This document shows positions 10,970-20,600 of a stretch of DNA of 64,000 nt, piece by piece. A program made the position numbers and the translations under genes. The notes under the pieces are model-generated. The model was given only the letters and a program-made list of their open reading frames with translations. It did not search any database and had not been told where the DNA came from. Source of the stretch: Alphaproteobacteria bacterium (GTDB taxonomy: Bacteria > Pseudomonadota > Alphaproteobacteria > GCA-2731375); the NCBI GenBank assembly GCA_965232515.1, contig CBDDPY010000002.1, positions 6,304,001 to 6,368,000 on the forward strand. Reading direction: 5' to 3'. Every line of letters begins with the position of its first letter. The stretch's first letter is position 1.

Positions 10970-12076
10970 CTATCGCTGCAGCGCCGAGTGGAAGCGGTCG
11001 ATCCCAAGGTCCTGCCGCAATTCCACGGTGTCCGCCGCCTTGGCGTCCTCCAACGGGATGCCGGTCGAGTCCGCGACCCGATCGATGGCGTTGAACAGGC
11101 CGGCGACGGCGGCCGCATCCACCAGCGCGTCGTCGCCGATTTGCTGCCGGATGCGGTCGCGCAGCTCGGCCAGGGCTTGATCGTTGTCACCGATCGCGGC
11201 TTCGGCAAAGGCCGTCAGCAGGGCGCCGTGGGCGATCCCGCCGTCGCCTGCGGCTTCGCCCGTCACGGCCTGCAGGTCCAGTTCGTCACCAGTATGAGCG
11301 CTGCTCGCACGGAGCAACTGAGCATGACTGGTGGTTCAATAGACGCAGCCGTTGAGGGCCGATACCCGGCCGGCGATCAGCTCGATCTGCGCATGATCGA
11401 TGGCCCGGAACTCGCGGTCGAAGTCGCGCATGGCTGCGCCCGGCAGATACTGGGTTTCGACGATATCGAAAAAACCGCGCACCTCGTCGGGCACCAGGCT
11501 AAGGGCGCGCCGGATGTGGGCGCCTGTGGTGCCGCCGTAGAGATCCGCCTCGGCGTCGCCGGCGTCCTCCGGCGCGATCCACGGCACCCAGGCGGGGCCC
11601 GGTTTGGCGCCGGCGGGCCGATAATTGGTCGGCGCGCCGTCCATGGGTTCGGGCAACGGCAGCGGTTCGACACCGATGCCTCGGGCAAAGGTGTCCACGG
11701 CGACGATGTTGGCCAGTACGCCGATGATCTCGACATACTGCCCATCGCTCAGGCCATCGGCCCGAACACTGTCGAACCAGCGCCGGGTCAGCCGGCCCGG
11801 GTCCGTCCGGACTCGATGGATGACCTCGACAATCGGGGCGCCGAGAACGCCCAGGCTTTGGTGTTCGCCATCGATGGCATAGGGCGACAGCGCGGCTTTC
11901 CGTTCCCGGCAAAGCGGGCAGGCGGTGGCGTTGCGGGCCTCGGCCGCGATCGCCACCCGCTCGGCGCCGGTGAACCAGGCACCGGGCCTGGCCAGGCGAT
12001 GCCAGGCGCGCGTATGGGCCGCAGTCAGGTCGGCCCGCACCGCGAATGGCGCGGTTTCATAGTTAATTTCTGTCAT
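10970..12076 (-). CDS. AhpD/CMD-like alkylhydroperoxidase-related selenoprotein (368 aa, Sec at codon 247)
   Basis: ORFs 11336..12100 and 10970..11317 are in one frame, joined by TGA (11338-11336) plus 6 sense codons, giving ELIAGRVSALNGCVY-U-TTSH (AhpD E-x4-S-x2-N-x-CxxC-x3-H motif); SECIS-like hairpin follows; strong RBS before ATG 12076. Confidence 0.85.
11287..11333 (-). promoter_or_regulatory. Bacterial SECIS-like stem-loop
   Basis: On the mRNA: CACCAGU/ACUGGUG lower stem, AUG/CAU, upper stem GUUGCUC/GAGCAGC, apical loop CGUGC starting 24 nt after UGA. Confidence 0.75.
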
Positions 12077-12284
12077 TACGGATCCTCTCCTCGTGCCCAA
12101 AGCCTAGGGCAGACCAGTGGCCAGTTCGAGCGGAAATCGAGCCCGGCGGCGGGCGTGACGCCAGGACGATCGCGAACGGTCGCAAACGGATTAGTCAATG
12201 TCGCTCGAAAGCCAGTTGCGGCCGGCGGTCGGGCGCAACGTGGGCGTCGAAAATCGGTGTTCCCCTGGCAGAGGATCTTGGGTG

Positions 12285-13631
12285 ATGCTGAAAGCACAAG
12301 CGACCAATGGCGCCGCCGGACCGCGCCACGTTAACTTTCAAAACAGCGTTGATCAGAGCGATCGCAAGGTACCGATAAACCTGCGGCAGACCGGACCGAC
12401 CGCGGTCGAGATGCTGATCTCGACGCGGGTGCGGAAGTCGCCTTATTGGCATCTGTCGATGGAAGCCGGCTGCTGGCGCTGCACGGTCTACAACCGGATT
12501 TATCATCCGCGCGGCTATGTGAAGCCGGAGGATGGCGGTGCGGCCGTGGAGCACGACTCGCTGGTGAACGACGTCACTCTATGGAACGTCGCCGTCGAGC
12601 GTCAGATCCAGGTCATCGGTCCCGACGCCGAAGCGTTCGTCAACTTCGTGATCACCCGCGACGCCACCCGCATCGAGCCGATGAAAGGCAAATACGTCAT
12701 TCTCTGCAACGAGAAGGGTGGCATCCTTAACGATCCGGTGCTGCTGCGTCTGTCCGAAGATGAGTTCTGGTTCTCGATCTCGGACTCAGACCTGATGCTG
12801 TGGCTGCAGGGCGTGAATGTCGGCAAGCGCTTCGACGTCGAGATCAACGAGATCGACGTCTGCCCGGTGCAGATCCAGGGGCCGAAGTCGGAAGACCTGA
12901 TGGCCGATCTGGTCGGCGAGACCGTCCGCGAGCTGCCGAGCTACGGCATGATGCGGGCGCAGGTCGGCGGTCGCGACGTGGTCATCTCGCAGACCGGCTT
13001 TTCCGGCGAGAAGGGCTTCGAGATCTACCTCTACGATGCCACGCTGCATGCCGAGGACATGTGGTACGCGGTGCTGGCGGCGGGCAAGAAGCACAAGCTG
13101 CGGGTCATCGCGCCGGGCCATCAGCGGCGGATTGCCGCCGGCATCCTGTCCTGGGGCCAGGACATGGATTTCGAGACCGTGCCGTTCCAGGTCAATCTGG
13201 GTTACCAGGTGCCGCGCAAGAAGACGGCCGACTATATCGGTAAGGCGGCGTTGGAAAAGATGCGGGCCGACATCGAAGCCGGCAACCCGCCGTTCAAGAG
13301 CACGCTGGTCGGCATGGAACTGGGCGGCAAGCCGATCGACGAATATGCGCCGGACTTCTGGCTGATCTCCGGCCCCGACGGCGGCGACCCGTTCGGCTAT
13401 GTGACGTCGCCCTGGTACGCGCCCGAGCTCGGTACGAACATCGCCATGGGCTTCGTGCCGGTGGGCATGTCCGCGCTGGGGACCGAGCTCAAGGTCTGGC
13501 TGCCGGAGCAGTATCAGGAAACGGCCGGTCAGCCGGTCGCGGCCAAGGTGGTCGAGATGCCGTTCCGGCCGTCGGTCAATCCGAACGCGCGTGAAATCGC
13601 CAAGGCCGAAGGCCGCGACGCCGCGTTCTAA
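12285..13631 (+). CDS. GcvT/DmdA-like THF-dependent aminomethyltransferase/demethylase
   Basis: RVRKSPY...TVYNRIYHP, WNVAVERQIQVIGPDA, LNDPVLLRLSEDEFW, QIQGPKS, SQTGFSGEKGFEI; GAGGA RBS before ATG 12285. Confidence 0.88.
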   Translation: MLKAQATNGAAGPRHVNFQNSVDQSDRKVPINLRQTGPTAVEMLISTRVRKSPYWHLSMEAGCWRCTVYNRIYHPRGYVKPEDGGAAVEHDSLVNDVTLWNVAVERQIQVIGPDAEAFVNFVITRDATRIEPMKGKYVILCNEKGGILNDPVLLRLSEDEFWFSISDSDLMLWLQGVNVGKRFDVEINEIDVCPVQIQGPKSEDLMADLVGETVRELPSYGMMRAQVGGRDVVISQTGFSGEKGFEIYLYDATLHAEDMWYAVLAAGKKHKLRVIAPGHQRRIAAGILSWGQDMDFETVPFQVNLGYQVPRKKTADYIGKAALEKMRADIEAGNPPFKSTLVGMELGGKPIDEYAPDFWLISGPDGGDPFGYVTSPWYAPELGTNIAMGFVPVGMSALGTELKVWLPEQYQETAGQPVAAKVVEMPFRPSVNPNAREIAKAEGRDAAF

Positions 13632-13665
13632 CGGCACGGCCGGACGCCAAACGGAGGATTCGAAA

Positions 13666-14724
13666 ATGAGCGCCGATCAATCAACGGCCAAGCACGGCTT
13701 GCTGGAGCGCCTGGAAGCAGGTCCTGTTATCGTCGCCGAAGGTTATCTGTTCGAGTTCGAGCGTCGCGGGTACCTGCAGGCGGGCGCCTTCGTGCCCGAG
13801 GTGGTGCTGGAGCATCCCGAAGCCGTCCGGCAACTGCATATCGAGTTCGCCCGGGCCGGCAGCGACGTTATGGAAGCCTTCACCTACTATGCGCACCGCG
13901 AGAAGATGCGCCTGATCGGCCGCGAGGGGCAGCTCGAGGAGATCAACCGCAACGCCCTGCAAATCGCAAAGGGTGTCGCGGATGAGTACGGCACGTTGCT
14001 CGCCGGCAATATCTGCAACACCAATCTCTACGATCCGGCCGATCCCGAGTCGCACAAACAAGCCCGGGCGATCTTCGAAGAGCAGGTGCAGTGGGCGGTG
14101 GATGCCGGTGTCGATATGATCATCGGCGAGACCTATTCATGGGTCGGCGAGGCGATGATCGCGCTAGAGGTCATTAGTCAGACCGACCTGCCGTCCGTCA
14201 TGACATTGGCGCTGCACCGCGAGCCGACGACACGCGACGGCGTCGATCCAAATGACGGCTTCAAGCAGATGCACGACGCTGGCGCCGATGTCGTCGGCTA
14301 CAACTGTATTCGTGGGCCCTGGACCATGGTGCAGTTGCTGCCGGAACTGCGGCAGAAGGTGCCGGGCCATCTGGCGGCCTTGCCGGTTCCGTATCGCACG
14401 CTGCCCGCGCAGCCGACGTTCCAGTCGCTGCGGGATCCTGGATGCAACTCGATCCCGGACGACCGACCGTTCCCGGTCGCGCTCGATCCCTTCGTCTGCA
14501 ATCGATACGAAATGGCCGATTTCGCCAAGCAGGCCTACGAGGCCGGCGTGCACTATATCGGCGGTTGCTGCGGCACCGGTCCGCATCACGTGCGTGCGAT
14601 GGCCGAGGCGCTCGGCCGGCAGCCCGAAGCGAGCCGGTATTCGGTCGACATGTCGAAGCACGCTTACTTCGGCACCGAACAGAGCCTGAAAGCGACCAAT
14701 ACCGCGTACGCGGATCAGCTCTAG
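13666..14724 (+). CDS. bhmT: Betaine--homocysteine S-methyltransferase (homocysteine S-methyltransferase family)
   Basis: EGYLFEFERRGYLQAGAFVPEVVLEHPE, AFTYYAHREK, Zn ligands GYNC and IGGCCG; GGAGG RBS. Confidence 0.85.
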   Translation: MSADQSTAKHGLLERLEAGPVIVAEGYLFEFERRGYLQAGAFVPEVVLEHPEAVRQLHIEFARAGSDVMEAFTYYAHREKMRLIGREGQLEEINRNALQIAKGVADEYGTLLAGNICNTNLYDPADPESHKQARAIFEEQVQWAVDAGVDMIIGETYSWVGEAMIALEVISQTDLPSVMTLALHREPTTRDGVDPNDGFKQMHDAGADVVGYNCIRGPWTMVQLLPELRQKVPGHLAALPVPYRTLPAQPTFQSLRDPGCNSIPDDRPFPVALDPFVCNRYEMADFAKQAYEAGVHYIGGCCGTGPHHVRAMAEALGRQPEASRYSVDMSKHAYFGTEQSLKATNTAYADQL

Positions 14725-14937
14725 CGAGACGATCCTGAGCGGGACAGGCCGACGAATAGCCGAGCAACAGGCCGCGGCTGAGGGCCGCTTCATGCGGTTG
14801 CGCGGCTTGGCGTGACGCGTCAAGCTAAAGGCGATTCGAGTCGATTTGTAAGCAACCGCTATTCGTCCGCGCCTGTTCGGGACTGATGCCGGGGCAGGAA
14901 CGCAGGCAACGGTCGATGGCGTAACCGCCCGGCAGCC

Positions 14938-15450
14938 GTGTCCGATTTGTCAACACCGCCGCAGCTCCACGCCGAAACCGGCTATGGCCTGATCGATCCA
15001 GACGACGTCGCAGAGCCTGTCCTGCGAGATCTGTACGACTATTGGGATGGCCTCAGGGCAAAAGGGCTTCCGCCGCGACGCGCGGACATCGATCCGTTGG
15101 AGATGCGCGGCTTCCTGCCGTATGTGTTCTTGGTCGATACGGCCGAGCATATCGGCGAATTTCGCTTTCGGTTGTACGGCACCGCGGTTGTCGAAGGCTT
15201 CGGCGAAGACCGCACCGGCTGGCGCTTCGAGCAGCACGCCCATATCGAGAATGTGCACGAGGTGAATGCTGGCTACCTGTTCGTGCGCGACAATGCCCGG
15301 CCGCACTATTTGCCCGACCGCGTCGTGTCGCATTGGCGCGATTACCGCGGCTATTCGCGTCTGCTCCTGCCGCTGTTCGGCGAGATCGGACAGGTCGAGA
15401 TGATTATCGGCGGCGCCTGGTTTTTCCCCGTGGACGATCTGGAAACCTGA
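14938..15450 (+). CDS. Stand-alone PAS (PAS_5-type) domain protein
   Basis: LYDYWDGLR...PRRADIDP...FRFRLYGT...YSRLLLPL. Confidence 0.85.
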   Translation: MSDLSTPPQLHAETGYGLIDPDDVAEPVLRDLYDYWDGLRAKGLPPRRADIDPLEMRGFLPYVFLVDTAEHIGEFRFRLYGTAVVEGFGEDRTGWRFEQHAHIENVHEVNAGYLFVRDNARPHYLPDRVVSHWRDYRGYSRLLLPLFGEIGQVEMIIGGAWFFPVDDLET

Positions 15451-15456
15451 CGCCGC

Positions 15457-15948
15457 TCAGGTCGTTGGTTTGGCGGTTAGGCCCATGACACGGCCGACCT
15501 GCGGTGGCGTCGGCAGGGTCGAATGCGCCGCCAGGACCTCCGCCAGCTTGTCCTGAACCGCGCCCGCCATCGGCGCGGCGCGGCGGGTCTCCCGACTGAC
15601 GTGCAGCGACATAAGCTCATTGGTTGCCGCCAGGTATCCCTCATCGGCGTGATGCATCTCGTGGAAGTAGTGAATGCGCTTCTCGTCGAAGGCCAGCAGC
15701 TGGGTCGTGAAACGCAGCGGATCGCCGGACATGACCTCGCGCCGGTAGGTGATGTGGCCTTCGAGCGAGAACGTCGAAACGCGATGTTCTTTCCGGTGCG
15801 CCCGGGTCAGACCGAGGTAATCCAGCCAGGCATCGGTGGCGAAATCGAAGACCAGCAGGTAATAGCCCATGTTCATATGCTGATTGTGGTCGATCCATTC
15901 GGGCCGAACTTCGTCGCGGTACAGATCGAACAAAACGCTTTCGTCCAT
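15457..15948 (-). CDS. Hotdog-fold thioesterase (4HBT-like)
   Basis: VRPEWIDHNQHMNMGYY, TFSLEGHITYRREV, DEKRIHYFHEM. Confidence 0.88.
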   Translation of the reverse strand: MDESVLFDLYRDEVRPEWIDHNQHMNMGYYLLVFDFATDAWLDYLGLTRAHRKEHRVSTFSLEGHITYRREVMSGDPLRFTTQLLAFDEKRIHYFHEMHHADEGYLAATNELMSLHVSRETRRAAPMAGAVQDKLAEVLAAHSTLPTPPQVGRVMGLTAKPTT

Positions 15949-16012
15949 GATCCGGTGTATCTTCCTTATCCAATGACGGCGGCAGTTTAGGCAAACGGTC
16001 ATCGGCAAACAA

Positions 16013-16462
16013 ATGGGAGTAGATGGAATGGTCTCGGCGAGTGATCTCATCGGCGCTTGGCGTCTGGCCGACTGGGCAATCGAATACTCGGATGGTCGGC
16101 CGACGACCTATCCCTTCGGCGAGAAACCCGACGGGCAGCTGATGTACTCCGCCGACGGGCGGATGTCGGGCACGATCTGCCGCCGCGAGCGCGAACGGAT
16201 GTCCAACGAGAACGTGCGGCAGGCGCCGATGGCCGAAAAGGCGGCCGCGTTCGACAGCTACTTTCAATACGCCGGCACCTGGCGGATCGACGGCGAGCAG
16301 GTCATCCATACGGTCGAGCAGTCGCTGAACCCGAACTTCGTCGGCAGCGATCAGATCCGCGACATGGACTATTCGGGCGATCAGCTCATTCTATCGGCGC
16401 GTATGCGGACCGCATCCGGCGCCGAGATGCACAACAAGCTGGTTTGGCGGCGCGTCGGCTAA
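16013..16462 (+). CDS. Lipocalin-like domain protein (start may be 16028)
   Basis: LIGAWRL, GQLMYSADGRMS, YAGTW, SLNPNFVG..QIR, LVWRR. Confidence 0.85.
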   Translation: MGVDGMVSASDLIGAWRLADWAIEYSDGRPTTYPFGEKPDGQLMYSADGRMSGTICRRERERMSNENVRQAPMAEKAAAFDSYFQYAGTWRIDGEQVIHTVEQSLNPNFVGSDQIRDMDYSGDQLILSARMRTASGAEMHNKLVWRRVG

Positions 16463-17440
16463 TAACGGATCGTGCGCACGTCCTCATCGAAGCTTTTGAA
16501 CGACTGTCGCCACGTCTCCGACGGCCACCGGAATTCCACCTCGCCGGCCAAAGGATCATAGACTGCCGTGTAGAGTGTCCCGAGCCAGCCGTCGTAGTCG
16601 GTCTGGAACAACGGCGGTTCGGCAAATGCGGCGATAAGCCGATCCCGCGTCGTCGCCGGATCGGTGCGCAGATCGTGCAGACGGTCGCTGCGCTCCACGG
16701 TCCGGCTATGGGCGGCCATCTCTGGATGCTCGACGCGTTCCTGGTGGTTGGTGGTCACCGGCGTGCGGTCGACCGCGGCCTTCCGGTCCGGCCCCCAGGT
16801 AGACGACGGCATGATCGCCGGTTCGGTCGAGCAGCATGACGTTCTGCGACATGCAGACCGGTACACGACGTAACACCTCGATCGCGCTGGCGGTCGTTTC
16901 GCAGCACTCGAGCAGATAACGCAAGACGACCAGGATGCTGAAGCCGTCGCCGTGCACCGGTCGGCCGCCGAACGTCAACGCCACGGTCAGGCCGGCGTCG
17001 TTGATGCCGTCGAGCACGCCCCACGAGCCGTCCACAACGGCGATGACCCGGCGTCCCGTCCACCGGCTGTGGAGGATCGTGCCCTCGCAGAAGTTGGGGC
17101 TGAAATCGTAGTTTCGGATCAGCAGCGGTTGATCGCCCGGCGCCACGACGACGCTGCAGCCCGGCATTACCGGCGGCGGATTGTAGCCGCTCAGGTAACG
17201 GCCGGCGATGTTGTCGCCGCCGGCCAGCTCGCAAATCGCATTGTAGATCGGCAGCAGTTCCGGCATGTGGTGGCGCAAGGCCGCGATGCAGGTCGTCCGA
17301 TCTGGCCGTGCCTCTAGCCCCTGATGACAGAACCAGTCTCGGTAGAACGGCCAGGTCTCGTCAAACCGGCGGCGCCATTTGCCGCCGGGCAAGGGTTCGT
17401 CGATGGCTTCGAAACGGACGCTGTGTTTGGTACTGGTCAT
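16459..17440 (-). pseudogene. C45-family peptidase/acyltransferase (Ntn hydrolase), frameshifted or sequencing error
   Basis: N-terminal frame has PGCS, IRNYDF, DGINDAGL; C-terminal frame has TTNHQ and GTLYTAVY; frames join if one G is removed from the G5 run at 16792-16796. Confidence 0.8.
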
Positions 17441-17618
17441 CGTCGGCTCGCCGCTTGCGTTGATGTCGCGGCCATTCTGGCAGGCGGGCAGGACTCGGGT
17501 TTGATCAGGATTGCGATATGCGGACCCCCGTGCCGATGCATAGCTGATTTGTCCGGATCAATTCTCGCCGTCGCTGCCGAGTTGCTATAGTAGGCGGCTG
17601 ATTTAATGGGAGGTGGGC

Positions 17619-20600
17619 ATGGCGTTGGCCCAGGTATCGCTCGACGACAAATACACGCTTTCGTCGGGCCGGGTGTTCCTGACCGGATTGCAAGCTTTGG
17701 TGCGGTTGCCGATGATGCAGCGGCAGCGCGACGACGCGGCGGGCTTGAACACGGCCGGCTTTATTTCGGGCTATCGTGGCTCGCCCTTGGGCGGCTACGA
17801 CGCCGCGCTGTGGCAAGCTTCGCGTTTCCTTAAGAGCAACCACATCCACTTCCAGCCGGGCGTGAACGAGGACCTGGCGGCGACATCGGTCTGGGGCAGT
17901 CAACAGATTAACCTCTGGCCCGGCGCCAAATACGACGGCGTCTTCGGCATCTGGTACGGCAAGGGCCCGGGCGTCGATCGCTCGGGCGATGTGCTGAAGC
18001 ACGGCAATGTGGCGGGCGCGGCGGCGAACGGCGGCGTGCTGGTCATCGCCGGCGATGACCACGGCTGCAAGTCCTCGACCCTGCCGCACCAGAGCGAACC
18101 TGCCTTCATGGCCGCCTCCATGCCGGTGATCAATCCGGCCGGCGTGCAGGAATACATCGACCTCGGCCTGTATGGCTTCGCGTTGTCGCGGTTCTCCGGC
18201 TGCTGGGTCGGCTTCAAGGCCGTCGGCGACACCGTGGAAAGTACGGCCGCGATTTCGATCGATCCGCTGCGCATCAAGGTTCAGCTGCCGGATGTCGAGA
18301 TGCCGCCCGGCGGGTTGAATATCCGCTATCCCGACGAGCCCATGGCGCAGGAAGACCGGCTGCTGAACTGGAAGCTGCCTGCCGCCAAGGCGTTTGTCCG
18401 GGCGAACGGCCTCGACCGCGTCGTGATCGATGCGCCCAAGCCCCGGCTCGGTATCGTCACCACCGGCAAGGCCTATCTCGACGTTCGCCAGGCGTTGGAT
18501 GAGCTGGGTATCGGTCCCGCCCAGGCCGCCGAGATGGGCCTGCGGCTCTACAAGGTGGCGATGACCTGGCCGCTGGAGCCCGAGGGCGCGCTCGCCTTCG
18601 CGAGCGGGCTAGAGGACATCCTGGTGGTCGAGGAGAAGCGGCCGATCCTGGAGGATCAGCTCAAGAAGCTGCTCTACAACCGCAGCGACATGCCGCGGAT
18701 GATCGTCGGCAAGCTGGACGAAGAGGGCCGGCCGCTGCTGCCGGAAGCCGGCGAGCTGACGCCGGGCATGGTGGCCGAGGCCATTGTCGGCCGGCTGCGG
18801 CGGTATCACGACCGCCCGGAATTCGAGCAGCGCCTGGCGCGCATGGAGCAGATCGAGAAGCAGGCCCGCGGCGCGGCGCCGTCGATGATGCGCACGCCCT
18901 ATTTCTGCTCCGGCTGTCCGCACAACACCTCGACCAACGTGCCGGAGGGCAGCCGAGCCATGGCAGGCATTGGCTGCCACGGCATGACGATCTGGATGCC
19001 TGAGCGCCGCACCCAGACCATCACCCATATGGGCGGCGAGGGCGTCAATTGGATCGGTCAGGCGCCCTTCACCTCAACGAAACATGTGTTTCAGAACCTG
19101 GGCGACGGCACCTATTTCCATTCCGGCCTGATGGCAATCCGCGCCGCCGCCGCGGCCGGCGTCAACATCACCTACAAGATCCTCTACAACGACGCCGTCG
19201 CCATGACCGGCGGCCAGCCGGTCGAAGGCAGCATCACACCGGACGAGATCAGCCGGCAGGTCGCCGCCGAGGGCGTATCGAAGGTCGTCGTGGTCAGCGA
19301 CGAGCCGGACAAGTATCCGGTTGGCACCAACTGGGCGTCCGGCGTCACGGTCTGGCATCGCGACGATCTGGACAGCGTGCAGCGCGATCTGCGCGAGACG
19401 CCCGGCGTGACCGTTCTGATCTACGATCAGACCTGCGCGGCAGAGAAACGTCGCCGCCGCAAGCGCGGCACCTTTCCCGATCCTGACAAGCGAGTGTTCA
19501 TTAACGATCTGGTCTGCGAGGGCTGCGGCGACTGCTCGGTCAAGTCGAACTGCGTCTCGGTGCAGCCGCTGGATACGGAATGGGGCCGCAAGCGGCAGAT
19601 AGACCAATCCAATTGCAACAAGGACTTCTCCTGCGTCAAAGGCTTCTGTCCCAGCTTCGTCACGGTGCATGGCGGCAAGCCGCGTCGCGCCAAATCCGCT
19701 GGCCCGGCGACCGTCGCCGACGACCTGTTTGCCGACCTGCCGATGCCGGCGGTGCCGCCGGCGAGCGAGCCTTACGGCATCCTGGTCACCGGCATCGGCG
19801 GCACGGGCGTCGTCACCATCGGCGCGCTGTTGGGGATGGCGGCGCATATCGAAGGCAAAGGCGTCTCGGTGCTTGATATGGCCGGCCTCGCTCAGAAGAA
19901 CGGCGCCGTCACCAGCCATATCCGCATCGCCGACGACCCCGACGATCTGCATGCCGTGCGCATTGCCGCGGGCGGCGCGCAGCTGCTGCTGGGTTGCGAC
20001 ATCGTTGTCGCCGCCGGGCCGGACGCCCGTGCGCGCATTAACGAAGGCGTCACCAGCGCCGTCGTGAACAGCCACGTGGTGCCGACGGCGTCCTTCGTCG
20101 GCAATGCCGACCAGGACATGTCGGCCCGGCTGATGATCGACCTGTTGCGAGACGCCACGGGCGAGCAACGCAGCCATTTCGTTAACGCCACGCGCCTTGC
20201 GACGGCGCTGCTGGGCGACTCCATCGCCACCAACCTTTTCATGCTGGGCTATGCCTTCCAGAAGGGTCTGGTGCCGCTGAGCGCGGACGCCATCATGCAG
20301 GCGATCGAGCTCAACAATGTCGCCGTCGAGGCCAACAAGCGCGCCTTCGGCTGGGGTCGGCTGGCGGCGCACGATCTGCCGCGGGTCGAGGCGGCGGCCG
20401 GACCGACGGTTCGGGCGGCCGAGAGCCCGACCTTCGCGCGCACGTTGGACGAGATCGTCGCCAAGCGGGTGGCGTTCCTGACCGACTATCAGGATGCGGC
20501 CTATGCGCAGCGCTATGCCGCGTTTGTCGAACGCGTCGGCGCAGTCGAAGCTGAGCGCGCCAAGGGCCTGGACGGTCTCGCCGAGGCGGTGGCACGGAAT

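Noticed and set aside
12077-12284. SAM-II/SAM-V riboswitch upstream of gcvT-like/bhmT (also looked at 14725-14937 and upstream of metF)
   Set aside because: I could not recognise the conserved pseudoknot motifs by eye; an Infernal/Rfam scan would settle it.
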